From positions 1 to 64,000 of the forward strand of contig JAUVNS010000014.1 of NCBI GenBank assembly GCA_030599585.1: a DNA stretch of 64,000 nt, given 5' to 3'. The notes beneath the pieces were generated by a model. The model was not told the DNA's origin. It saw only the letters and a list, made by a program, of their open reading frames with translations, and searched no databases. Shown piece by piece: positions 1-9,413 of this stretch. The stretch comes from Promethearchaeota archaeon. GTDB lineage: Archaea > Asgardarchaeota > Lokiarchaeia > Sigyniarchaeales > SOKP01. How positions within the stretch are numbered: position 1 is the stretch's first letter; every line of letters starts with the position of its first letter. Both the position numbers and the translations under genes were made by a program.

Positions 1-111
1 ACAATTTTTCAAAAAACACTGATCGAGAGAAATTTTTTCCATACCTCTTCTAGCCAGAGAAATAAACGCATAAGAGGGAATCTCATTTCTAAGTTCTTCT
101 TGGTTAGTCAT
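1..111 (-). CDS. Hypothetical protein, 5' part only (runs off window start)
   Basis: ATG at 111, open frame MTNQEELRNEIPSYAFISLARRGMEKISLDQCFLKNC... to the window edge; 38 nt downstream of the kinase on the same strand. Confidence 0.6.
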   Translation of the reverse strand, partial: MTNQEELRNEIPSYAFISLARRGMEKISLDQCFLKNC

Positions 112-149
112 ATGTGAATTAAAAAGAAAAGGTAATTAACTGTTGTAAA

Positions 150-3100
150 TTATGAACCGATAGGAATTTTAACTATAAATGTAGAACCTTTCCCCTTCCC
201 TTCAGATTCAGCCCAGATCTCTCCTCCATGGAGTTTAATAATCTCTTTTGATAGAAATAGCCCTAAACCGGTACTACCTAAATCCATATCAAGATCTTTT
301 TTTAGTGGGGATTCTATAGTGCTAAATTTCTTGAAAAGATCTTTTATTTCTTCATTAGATAAACCCACCCCAGAATCACTTATTTTTACCTGAGCAAATT
401 TGCCATCAGACTGCATGTTTATTTGAATCTTACCGTTAGAAGGAGTGTATTTAATTGCATTTGATATTAGATTCGTAAATACAAGTTCAATACGGGATTC
501 ATCAATGTTCATATTGAGTTCAGGTAAGATATCAATATCTATTTCGTGATTCCGTTTATTGCTAAAATATTTCATTTCTTTGATGCAATTTATAATAATA
601 TTACTCAAGTTCGTTCGACTTTTATTTACTTTAAATGTCTTAGATTCCAATAAAGATATATCAAGTAGATCGTCAACTAATTTTTTAATTCTTTTGGTTC
701 CTATTGACGCCATTTCTAATAGTTCCAATTGTTCCGAATCGAACTTATCTTTATGTAATAAGTCTAACAATTGATACGCACCATAAACTGTAGTAATGGG
801 AGTCTTTAACTCATGTGAAGCCCTGTCAATGAATTCCTTTCTCATTTCATTTAACTCCGTTAATTTCACCTCTAATTCTTTTGTGTCTGATATATCATGA
901 CCCATTACCATAATATAAGTTTTATCACCCAATTTCACTAAAGATGAATTTATATCTACCCAAACGAGATCTCCATCCTTCTTCCTTAATTGAATATCGA
1001 TAGCGGGAATAATTTCGCCGTTAGCAATCTTTTTTAATCTCTCAAGAAGAAGAGGTAAATATTCAGTTGGGATAATAGGGAGTCTACCGTACCTCTTACC
1101 AATGAGTTCACTCCTCTCGTAGTTGAGTAATTTTTCTAAAGCAGGATTGCAATCTTCTATTTTACCTTTTTTGTTGATAAGCAAGATCGAAACCGGTGAT
1201 TTCTCAAAAAGGAATCGATATTTCTCCTCTGACTGTCGTAATTCCTCTTTAGCTTTCTTTTTTTCCGTTATATCTATATACGAAACTAGGAAAGCAGGCT
1301 TATTCTGGAACGTGATATGTTTATTGTAAATTTCTAACCATATAGTGCTCCCGTCCCTATGAATTCCACGAGCTTCATAATATTGAACATTGGTATCATC
1401 CTGATTTTCACTTTTTAAAGAGAACTCGATAATTTTTTTCTTATCCTCGTGATGAATCGTCTTAAAAAACTCTCCCTGACCCCAATTCAAAATTTCTTTG
1501 ATTGAATATCCAAGTATATGAGCAAGTGTTTTATTCACATATTTAACTCTATCTTCTTGGATTATAGAAATCCCCATTAAGGATTGTTCTGAAATTGTAC
1601 GGAATTGTTCTTCAGATTCTTTTATTCTCTCTTCAGCCTTTACCATTTCAGTAACATCGTGAATAATGCTTCTCATACCAATAATCGTAGTTCCTTTATA
1701 AATAGGAGTAACTTTTAAACTTCCATGAAAAATTGTTCCATCTTTTTTTTTTAATTGCATAATTAAAGGGTCGACAGTTTTACCCCTAAATATTAGGCTA
1801 AGGTTCCTTATAACTTCATCTCTATCTCGTTCGAGAATGAAATCAAACACATTTAATCCTTTTTTGAATTCTTCGTGAGAATATCCGAAAATTTTTGAAG
1901 CGATTGTGTTGGTATAGACTAATTTAAACTTTGAATCGATTTCAAAGATAACTTCTGGTAACGAGTTTGATAAATCTTTATATTTTTTTTCAGATTCAAT
2001 TAATTTTTGAGCAGCTTCCTTTCTTTCACTTATATCTCTTGAAATTGTAAGTATATAATTTTTCCCATCTGGATTTTTATAGGACTCAGCAGTTGTGTCC
2101 ATCCAAACATATTCACCGGTTTTTTTTCTAATTCTTACTTCAATTGATTTGTATTTCTCTTTTATTGCTTCAACGACTAATTCTCGATCTTCTGGATGGA
2201 CTAAATCTAATGAATTTTTACCAAAAAGATCCTCTGAAGAATATCCCATCAATCTTTTATGAGCTTTCTCGTTGATGTAATCTATTTTTAAGTGATTATC
2301 AACTACTGTTATTAAATCCATTGCATTTTCTGATAATAGTCTATACTTTTCTTCTGATTCCTTAATTTTTATTTGTGAATTTTTCAATTCTGTAATATCG
2401 TGTATAATACATCTTACTCCAGAGACTGAATTCTCCTTGAAGATACGACTTGCATGAATATATGCGAAAAATAACGTTCCATCTTTCCTCCTTAACCTTG
2501 TTTGTAAAGGCTTTACATATTCACCTCGGAAAATTAGTTTCGTCTGCTTCAATAGTAATTCTTTATCCTCAAGTGTTACGAAATCAAAAATAGTTATACC
2601 TTCCTTAAATTCTTGGGGTGTATATCCAAATACTTTGGAAGCTATCGAATTGGTATACGTTATAGTAAAACTCAAATCTATCTCAAAAATTACTTCCGGT
2701 AAAGAATCTGTTAGATTTCTGTATTTCTCTTCGGATTCTCTTAACTTTTTTTCTGCTTTTTTCCTATCTGTTATATCTTGGGCTATACCTTCTACTAAAA
2801 TCTCACCGTTAATTTTTTTAAGTGAATTTTGAACGCTAATCCAAGCGAAAGTTCCATCTTTTCTCTTAATCTTAATATCTTGTGGTTCTATCTTTTTTCC
2901 GGCTAAAGTTTCTTTATAATTATTTTTAAAAATCTCAAATTGCTCCGGAGCAAAAATTCCTAAATCGGTATATTTTTTACCGATCACTTCTCGTTTGGTG
3001 AATCCGAAAATCTTTTCTGTAGCAGAATTAACATTAAGAATAACCCCTTTACTATTAGTTACTGTGAGAGAATTTGGAGACGATTCATACAAAACACGAT

Positions 3101-3530
3101 ATCTTTTCTCTGACTCATTTACTTCTCGTTCTAAAATTTTACGCTGGTTGATATCCTGGGTTAAAACTTGAATATAACTTTTTTTATCAAGCTCAATTTT
3201 TGAAGCAGTAACATTAACCCAAATGAGAGTTTTATCTTTATTATGGATTTGAATATCCTCTGGACCAAAAATACCACCTGTCAGTAATTGATTAAATACC
3301 TTCTTCATTTGTATCTTGTTTGCTGCTGGAAGCATATACAAGTCTGAGAACTTAAAACCGATTAAGTCTTTTCTTTCAAATCCAAAAATATTTTCCGTAG
3401 CAGAGTTGATATCAACAATTTGACTATTTGAGTCAATTATAACAATTGAAATTGGAGTTTTATCAAAGAGCAATTTGTAATTGTCTTGCTGAGGTATTGA
3501 CTCAGTTGTTCTATAATTGGGGTGTGTCAA
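150..3530 (-). CDS. Cytoplasmic sensor histidine kinase with 7 PAS/PAC domains
   Basis: Repeated (E)SEEKYR...DIT/DIS units; HisKA ASHELKTP; HATPase NAIKY, DSGVG, GLGL; no TM segments. Confidence 0.95.
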   Translation of the reverse strand: MTHPNYRTTESIPQQDNYKLLFDKTPISIVIIDSNSQIVDINSATENIFGFERKDLIGFKFSDLYMLPAANKIQMKKVFNQLLTGGIFGPEDIQIHNKDKTLIWVNVTASKIELDKKSYIQVLTQDINQRKILEREVNESEKRYRVLYESSPNSLTVTNSKGVILNVNSATEKIFGFTKREVIGKKYTDLGIFAPEQFEIFKNNYKETLAGKKIEPQDIKIKRKDGTFAWISVQNSLKKINGEILVEGIAQDITDRKKAEKKLRESEEKYRNLTDSLPEVIFEIDLSFTITYTNSIASKVFGYTPQEFKEGITIFDFVTLEDKELLLKQTKLIFRGEYVKPLQTRLRRKDGTLFFAYIHASRIFKENSVSGVRCIIHDITELKNSQIKIKESEEKYRLLSENAMDLITVVDNHLKIDYINEKAHKRLMGYSSEDLFGKNSLDLVHPEDRELVVEAIKEKYKSIEVRIRKKTGEYVWMDTTAESYKNPDGKNYILTISRDISERKEAAQKLIESEKKYKDLSNSLPEVIFEIDSKFKLVYTNTIASKIFGYSHEEFKKGLNVFDFILERDRDEVIRNLSLIFRGKTVDPLIMQLKKKDGTIFHGSLKVTPIYKGTTIIGMRSIIHDVTEMVKAEERIKESEEQFRTISEQSLMGISIIQEDRVKYVNKTLAHILGYSIKEILNWGQGEFFKTIHHEDKKKIIEFSLKSENQDDTNVQYYEARGIHRDGSTIWLEIYNKHITFQNKPAFLVSYIDITEKKKAKEELRQSEEKYRFLFEKSPVSILLINKKGKIEDCNPALEKLLNYERSELIGKRYGRLPIIPTEYLPLLLERLKKIANGEIIPAIDIQLRKKDGDLVWVDINSSLVKLGDKTYIMVMGHDISDTKELEVKLTELNEMRKEFIDRASHELKTPITTVYGAYQLLDLLHKDKFDSEQLELLEMASIGTKRIKKLVDDLLDISLLESKTFKVNKSRTNLSNIIINCIKEMKYFSNKRNHEIDIDILPELNMNIDESRIELVFTNLISNAIKYTPSNGKIQINMQSDGKFAQVKISDSGVGLSNEEIKDLFKKFSTIESPLKKDLDMDLGSTGLGLFLSKEIIKLHGGEIWAESEGKGKGSTFIVKIPIGS

Positions 3531-3744
3531 ATTACTTAACTATTTTGCTCCTAATTTAATGTAAAATCCATTTTTTAAATTATAAACATAATAAATTAGA
3601 TACTTTTTAATATTCTCTTTATTCTCGATGTGCGTTCGGTTATCTAAGATCGAATTTTAGAGAGAGAGATAGTAATCCTTTCTTTTTTATTAAATGAAAG
3701 CTACACAGTTTATTGAGTAGCGAATTTAGATTTCGAACTTAATA

Positions 3745-5265
3745 TTAGGTATGTTCTCTGCGATACTGGGAATATTCATATAGAATTTTTAGGCATTTAG
3801 GTGGAGCATCCCAGAAGTCAAAAATAGGTAGATCATAAGACATGAATTTTTGATACCATGGAAACCTGTATGGAAACGGTCCAGAAAAATAAACAGGAAT
3901 AGAGTACTTCTTCATTAGTCTTCTAATCGGCCTTAAAATAGTTCGATCAAGCATTGATTCCATATTTTTCATATTCTCATCGATTTTCATTCCCGATCGT
4001 TCAATAGTTTCAATTACATCGTCGAAGTCAAATACGCCCCAAACAACAATGCTGTCCACTTCTCCCGACTTCATAAGCATTTTTGGAAATTTATAGAAAA
4101 TATTTAAGAAGTTAACATCAAAAGTAACATCAATAGGATTCTTAGCACTGGCAGTAAAAGGTATTAATTCCGATAGATCATCCTTTAGTTGTTTAGAAAA
4201 TTCTGGAACCTCCAATCCTAATAATTCTGATGATTTTGTCATCATTGAGCCACTTCCACCAGAATCAGTAATAATTCCTATTCTATTTCCTTTCATAAAC
4301 ACGTTGTATTTCTGAGCAAAGGATAATGTCCTCAAATAATATAGAAACTCTCTAATAGAATTAGTTGAAATTATACCCGCTTCTTTAAAAACGCCGTCAT
4401 AAATCTTTTGATCTCCCCCTAAAGAACCAGTATGGCTTTTAATAGATCTATTTGCTGCTTTAGTTCCTCCTGTGTATATAGCTACAATAGGTTTATTTGG
4501 GGTTATCTCCTTAATAATTTGTATAAATTCTTTGCCCCGCTTGATTTCCTCTATGTAAAGTCCAATAACGCCAGTGTAAGGATCGTCTTTGAAATATTCT
4601 AGGAAATCTACCATGTCGATATTTTTTTCATTTCCAACAGAAAGAGATTGACTAATATTTACGCCCATTTCTTTTGCGTGCCAAAAAGTTTGAGCGGCTA
4701 CTGTTCCAGATTGGCTTATAATAGAAATATTACCTTTTTTTGGAACAGCGTAAGGCCAAAAAGTGTTCATATAAGCATCTTCTTTTTCAGGAAACCTATA
4801 CCAAGCGTTATATATTCCCAGACAATTTGGACCAATAAACCTCATCTTATATTTTTTGGCAATCCTATCAATTTCTTGTGATAACAGCATACCATCTTTT
4901 CCAATTTCTCTAAATCCACCAGAAGTTATTAAGAGGTTTTTAATTCCCTTTTCTCCACATTCTTCCATAACTTGGGGAACTGCTCGGGTGGGTAATATAA
5001 GAAATGCAAGGTCAGGTGTAACAGGAAGCTCCATTACTGATTTATAAGCTTTAAAATCTTGAATTTTATCTAAGCGCGGATGAACGGGATAAATATCATC
5101 AACCCCACCTCCAGCTATGATATTTCGAAGCTGCATCGAACCCATCGTAGTTAGTAGGTTGTTATTTGCACCAAATATTGCGATGCTACGTGGATTAAGA
5201 AATCGATGTAAAAAGTGATCCTTGTTCAATTCTCTTTTATCGTTTTCAGTCAAGTTTGAACCCAA
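3745..5265 (-). CDS. ADP-forming acyl-CoA synthetase alpha-subunit family (CoA-binding protein)
   Basis: LNPRSIAIFGA, SGGFREIG, GPNCLG, SQSG, phospho-His SHTGSL, NPIDV. Confidence 0.9.
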   Translation of the reverse strand: MGSNLTENDKRELNKDHFLHRFLNPRSIAIFGANNNLLTTMGSMQLRNIIAGGGVDDIYPVHPRLDKIQDFKAYKSVMELPVTPDLAFLILPTRAVPQVMEECGEKGIKNLLITSGGFREIGKDGMLLSQEIDRIAKKYKMRFIGPNCLGIYNAWYRFPEKEDAYMNTFWPYAVPKKGNISIISQSGTVAAQTFWHAKEMGVNISQSLSVGNEKNIDMVDFLEYFKDDPYTGVIGLYIEEIKRGKEFIQIIKEITPNKPIVAIYTGGTKAANRSIKSHTGSLGGDQKIYDGVFKEAGIISTNSIREFLYYLRTLSFAQKYNVFMKGNRIGIITDSGGSGSMMTKSSELLGLEVPEFSKQLKDDLSELIPFTASAKNPIDVTFDVNFLNIFYKFPKMLMKSGEVDSIVVWGVFDFDDVIETIERSGMKIDENMKNMESMLDRTILRPIRRLMKKYSIPVYFSGPFPYRFPWYQKFMSYDLPIFDFWDAPPKCLKILYEYSQYRREHT

Positions 5266-5424
5266 TTGTTAGATGGATCAGTATGTAAAATCTATTATTT
5301 CATAAAATTACCCATGAAATATGAGTTTTATTTATTCTCTTTACCAACTTGTAAAAGTAAGTTTAAAAGGATGAATTTTATTATTAATAAAGTTATCAAT
5401 AAAAAGAAAATAAAGGAGATATAC

Positions 5425-6279
5425 TTGCATGAAATTGCGATATTTGGAATCTTACTATTAATTTTCTTGCGTGTAGTTGGATTAATTATCTCTATAGAAT
5501 TTCTGCGCGATCTAAAAGAATCGAAATTTAAAATTTTAATTATTGGATGGTTCATTTGGATATTAGCCGGATGTTCCGCCCTAATTTCAGGTGTTTTTGA
5601 AAGTCAGCTTTTTTCAGACATTTTTCTTCTTATTAACGGTATAACGACATCACTTGCAGCATTATTTGTTATGATGGGTTTATTTTCTTATTTCCAGGAA
5701 TTACCCGGAAAAATTCTAGGAATATTAAGCATTCTATTCATATCTTTCCCATTGATTGCTTTTCTTTTTGAATTTTATAATATCGCTTTTAATTTATCTT
5801 CCATGTTCCTTTTCTTTATTATAGTAGTTTTTAGTATTGTACCACTAAAAAGGAAAGAGACTTTTAAAAACAGTATTTCAATCAAATCATATTATTGGTT
5901 CGTAATTGTATTATTAGCTTTTTATTCACTTACCATAAGCTATGTGATATTCATTTTCCAGGGATATTCTTTTGGTTTTTATGCTGACGAATTTAGCATC
6001 CCAATGTTTGTCAATTATTTTTTAGGTAATATAAGTACAATTGCCCTCATTATTTATTCTATTCACCTAGAATATGATATCTCCAAACTTCAAAAATTTG
6101 AATTAGGTGATAAGTATTCCCACGATTTGGGAAATCTTATCCAAGTAATCTCAAGTGCGGCAATTTTAACTAATGTAGATAAAGGTTTAAGTAAAGAAAA
6201 GGTTGAAAATTTAGATTTAATTCAAAAAAAATGTGAAGAAGTCGCTAAATTAATTAAAGATATTAGAAAAAATATATAA
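5425..6279 (+). CDS. Multi-pass (about 7 TM) membrane protein ending in a HisKA/DHp domain, no ATPase domain
   Basis: Hydrophobic helices then DKYSHDLGNLIQVI...KKCEEVAKLIKDIRK; start moved to TTG 5425 behind AAGGAG. Confidence 0.75.
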   Translation: MHEIAIFGILLLIFLRVVGLIISIEFLRDLKESKFKILIIGWFIWILAGCSALISGVFESQLFSDIFLLINGITTSLAALFVMMGLFSYFQELPGKILGILSILFISFPLIAFLFEFYNIAFNLSSMFLFFIIVVFSIVPLKRKETFKNSISIKSYYWFVIVLLAFYSLTISYVIFIFQGYSFGFYADEFSIPMFVNYFLGNISTIALIIYSIHLEYDISKLQKFELGDKYSHDLGNLIQVISSAAILTNVDKGLSKEKVENLDLIQKKCEEVAKLIKDIRKNI

Positions 6280-6296
6280 ATCTAAGAGGCTAAAAA

Positions 6297-6662
6297 TTGG
6301 CTACAATTTTCCTTATTGACGACGATTCAAGTATAATTACAATCTTTGAGAAGTTTTTAACAGTTTTAGGTCACGAAATAGTAGCCAAAGCTTATAATGG
6401 TGAAGAAGCAGTAAAATTATTTCATGAATTTCGAGACATTCCTGATCTCATATTAATGGATCACCGAATGCCGATAAAGGACGGTATAACAGCAGCAAAA
6501 GAAATTTTAAAATTAAACAACACTAGTAAGATCATTTTTTTAAGCGCCGATTTTACTATAAAAGATAAAGCTTTGGCCTTAGGAGCTAAATATTTTTTAG
6601 AGAAACCATTTAAATTAGGTGAACTCTCACGAATTATTGAAAAAGTAAGTATGGATAATTAA
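6297..6662 (+). CDS. Stand-alone response regulator receiver
   Basis: IFLIDDD, DLILMDHRMP, FLSA, EKPF. Confidence 0.95.
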   Translation: MATIFLIDDDSSIITIFEKFLTVLGHEIVAKAYNGEEAVKLFHEFRDIPDLILMDHRMPIKDGITAAKEILKLNNTSKIIFLSADFTIKDKALALGAKYFLEKPFKLGELSRIIEKVSMDN

Positions 6663-6871
6663 TTTTTACTCACTAGCTCAATTTCAGCCGAATAACCGGG
6701 AATAACTCCCTCATAGCTGACAATCTGCTTTTCCTTTAATTTTTTCAAGATTAACCTAACACCTTCAAATTCCTCCTGGCACAATGTTTGGAGTTCCTTG
6801 TAATTGAGCCTTCCGCCGTTTTCTTCTAACTTAATGATAATAAATTCTTCTTCTATTGATAGTTCAGACAT
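6659..6871 (-). CDS. Small winged-helix-like protein (70 aa)
   Basis: MSELSIEEE...LNYKELQ...ILKKLKEKQIVSY helix-turn-helix-wing pattern; ATG 6871 preferred over 6895. Confidence 0.6.
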   Translation of the reverse strand: MSELSIEEEFIIIKLEENGGRLNYKELQTLCQEEFEGVRLILKKLKEKQIVSYEGVIPGYSAEIELVSKN

Positions 6872-6912
6872 AATATTAATCCAAATTCCAAGCATTTAAG
6901 TTTAAAGTTAAG

Positions 6913-7422
6913 CTAATTTTTTCCCGTCGAACCAAATCCACCTAATCCTCTTTCAGAATCAGGTAGCGTATCTGTTTCAACAACTTCAAAATCGTAAATT
7001 TTACCAAGAATTATTTGGCATATGCGATCTCCTTTCTTTAGGACCACTTCTTTATTTGAAAGATTTATAACAATAGCCATCCATTCGTTTCTATAACCAG
7101 AATCTATGGTCCCAGGAGTGTTGACAATTGAAACCCCCTCCCATAACGCTAATCCACTACGAGGGACGACCTTAAAGTAATAACCTTCTGGGATAGCTGT
7201 CGCAAAACCCAAGGGGCACCCGATTCGTTCTAAGGGTTTCAATATATAAGTGTCAGAATTAATTTCTATTAATTCTTTTTTACCTTTTTCATTAACTATT
7301 TGCTTAAAACCCATTATATGGGCATCAGCACCAGCATCTCCTTTCTTTGAAGGTTTTGGGATGATAGTTTCCTTATTAACTTTCTTGAAAGGGATAGTCA
7401 ATTTCTCTATATCCTTTTTCAT
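6913..7422 (-). CDS. dut: Trimeric dUTP diphosphatase
   Basis: AGAD, PRSGLA, GTIDSGYR, RICQ, RGLGGFGSTG motifs. Confidence 0.96.
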   Translation of the reverse strand: MKKDIEKLTIPFKKVNKETIIPKPSKKGDAGADAHIMGFKQIVNEKGKKELIEINSDTYILKPLERIGCPLGFATAIPEGYYFKVVPRSGLALWEGVSIVNTPGTIDSGYRNEWMAIVINLSNKEVVLKKGDRICQIILGKIYDFEVVETDTLPDSERGLGGFGSTGKN

Positions 7423-7548
7423 CTTAGTACAACTATTATTTCAGAATATAAAAAAGAGTTTTTATTAAAGAATAATTAAAACCATTAATCATTAACAGAA
7501 TTATCATCTGAAGATATAATTAATGAGATTTATATAAAGTGAAAGAAT

Positions 7549-8004
7549 ATGATTGTAACTGATAGATTCGACCCTCGATTAGATAAAGACGCTATTAAAG
7601 AGATTTTTGAAGACTTTATTGAAAATAAATCGTATTTCATATCAACTTGGCAAGAATTTGATAAGGAAATAAATAAAAGAGTTTTGGACCTTCAATATCG
7701 AAATTCTATGGTCGTTGCTAAGGAAGAAGGAGAAATTGTAGGTTGGGGGACCTACACCTTGATTGAAGATTATTTAGGTAATAAAAGAGCTCTTATACAC
7801 CAAGTTCTAACTAAAAAAGGAGATTCTTATAGAAAGGGAATTGAGGAGCAAATAATTCGAGAATTGAAGTTGTACGTCAAAAGGACTCTTAATTTGGATA
7901 AAGTATTTTTAATTTGTCAAGATTCAGATAGTGCTCTAAGAAACTTAGTCATGAAATTAGGCGCTAAAAAATCTAAAAATTATTGGTATGAAAATGATAT
8001 CTAA
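7549..8004 (+). CDS. GNAT-fold acetyltransferase-like protein
   Basis: VVAKEEGEIVGW strand pair, YRKGIE motif A-like segment, C-terminal KLGA. Confidence 0.7.
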   Translation: MIVTDRFDPRLDKDAIKEIFEDFIENKSYFISTWQEFDKEINKRVLDLQYRNSMVVAKEEGEIVGWGTYTLIEDYLGNKRALIHQVLTKKGDSYRKGIEEQIIRELKLYVKRTLNLDKVFLICQDSDSALRNLVMKLGAKKSKNYWYENDI

Positions 8005-8014
8005 GTGAAAATTT

Positions 8015-8761
8015 TTGACTGAAAAAGAAAACCTGATAGAAAAAGCTAAAGCTCTTGTAAAAAATGAAGAATTTGCAAAAGCAATAAAGATTTTAGAATA
8101 TCTTTATCAACAACAATCTGATGTTGATGTTAAAAATAACTTAATAGAAGCCTTGTTTGCGTATGGAGGATATCTAAATGATTACTACGTTTTAGAGTAT
8201 GATGAATCAATTAATTTTTTCAAACGGATAATAGAACTCGACTCAGAGAATTACAGGGCGCATTATAATCTAGGAATTGCGTATTTTAATTTAAATCGTT
8301 TTGAAGCGGCTTTAAACTCTTATAAAATTGCACTCTCGATTAAACCTGATCATAAACATGTCTATTACAACATAGGGCTACTCTACGAAAAAACCGAAAA
8401 TTTAGAGAATGCTATAGAAGCTTATGAGAAAGCTTTAGAAATTGATCCTAATTATATCTATGCCATGCACTCACTAAAGGCAGTTAGGTTGAATTTGGAT
8501 AATTCTGTGAAACCTAAGAGTAAAGCTCAAGAGATTAAGGATAACATTGAGAAATTGATATCTTTACTAAGTATGTCAAAGAGAGTAAGATTTGATATGA
8601 TACAAGAAATCCTTAAAGTGAATAAAGAAATGCTCCTACAGATTATCATTAATTGGGGAAAGAAAAATTACTGTGAAATCGACGGGGATTATTTAAATAT
8701 AAACAAAGTATCCCTAACTCAATTTTTTGACGATTTAAATCAAAATGGTCTAGGAATTTAA
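8015..8761 (+). CDS. TPR protein with C-terminal PCI/winged-helix-like domain
   Basis: AHYNLGIAY, VYYNIGLLY, EKALEIDPN repeats; tail SKRVRFDMIQEILKV...EIDGDYL. Confidence 0.85.
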   Translation: MTEKENLIEKAKALVKNEEFAKAIKILEYLYQQQSDVDVKNNLIEALFAYGGYLNDYYVLEYDESINFFKRIIELDSENYRAHYNLGIAYFNLNRFEAALNSYKIALSIKPDHKHVYYNIGLLYEKTENLENAIEAYEKALEIDPNYIYAMHSLKAVRLNLDNSVKPKSKAQEIKDNIEKLISLLSMSKRVRFDMIQEILKVNKEMLLQIIINWGKKNYCEIDGDYLNINKVSLTQFFDDLNQNGLGI

Positions 8762-8795
8762 CGGAATAAGATAAATCCTACAATAAAATATGTCG

Positions 8796-8903
8796 CTATT
8801 TCTTCAATAGTTTATTATTTATGACGCAACAAGCGATAAGAACTACTAAAGTTATAACACCAGCAACAATGTAACCACCAAAGGTTCCCAGAAGTTCTTC
8901 CAT
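8796..8903 (-). CDS. 35-aa single-TM microprotein (not in ORF track)
   Basis: MEELLGTFGGYIVAGVITLVVLIACCVINNKLLKK*; acidic N-terminus, hydrophobic core, basic C-terminus. Confidence 0.55.
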   Translation of the reverse strand: MEELLGTFGGYIVAGVITLVVLIACCVINNKLLKK

Positions 8904-9018
8904 AATATTGTTTGATATGATTATGTGATTTCAATATTTTTATTATATGAAAATCATATCGATTACTCTTTTTAAAATTATTTTTTAAATTTTATAGGAT
9001 TCGAATTATTGAAGAAAC

Positions 9019-9034
9019 AAAAAAAAAAAAAAAA
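9019..9034 (-). terminator. Oligo-T terminator (T16 on minus strand) after dodecin
   Basis: A16 run on the plus strand about 11 nt past the stop at 9046. Confidence 0.65.
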
Positions 9035-9045
9035 CTAAACTCTTT

Positions 9046-9252
9046 TTATCGCTCGATCTGAAAGTTAACTTGTACCCGAACTCGATAAATTAATTTATCT
9101 TGATCCTCTTTAACCTTTACATCGGATTCGATGATTTGAATATTTCTGATACCACGAAGCGATTTTTTAGCCTCGTCATAAGCTATTTTCACTGCATCAG
9201 CCCAATTTTTATCGCTTGTAGCTACTAACTGAATGCTTTTATATACTGTAAT
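9046..9252 (-). CDS. Dodecin (flavin-binding), 68 aa, ATT start (not in ORF track)
   Basis: (M)TVYKSIQLVATSDKNWADAVKIAYDEAKKSLRGIRNIQIIESDVKVKEDQDKLIYRVRVQVNFQIER; AGGTGA upstream; in-frame TGA three codons before ATT. Confidence 0.9.
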   Translation of the reverse strand: MTVYKSIQLVATSDKNWADAVKIAYDEAKKSLRGIRNIQIIESDVKVKEDQDKLIYRVRVQVNFQIER

Positions 9253-9413
9253 TTTATTTCACCTTTTTAGTTATTATTGTATTAATTTTATTGTAGAAAT
9301 TATAGTTATAGTAAGTCTAATTGTTTTTTTTTATTATTTAAATATTTCTAGAATAAATCTAAAAAAAAGAAATGAAGAGAAAAAAAAAAGAAAATTAAAT
9401 TACAAATGTTCGA

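Noticed and set aside
5266-5424. Long N-terminal extensions in the ORF track (also 39787-39867, 45698-45796, 57510-57533)
   Set aside because: They run through promoter regions; better starts with SD or family-typical N-termini lie downstream
6659-6871. ESCRT-II (Vps25/22/36)-like identity for the small winged-helix protein
   Set aside because: Single short wH domain, no ESCRT neighbours; cannot be supported without a profile search
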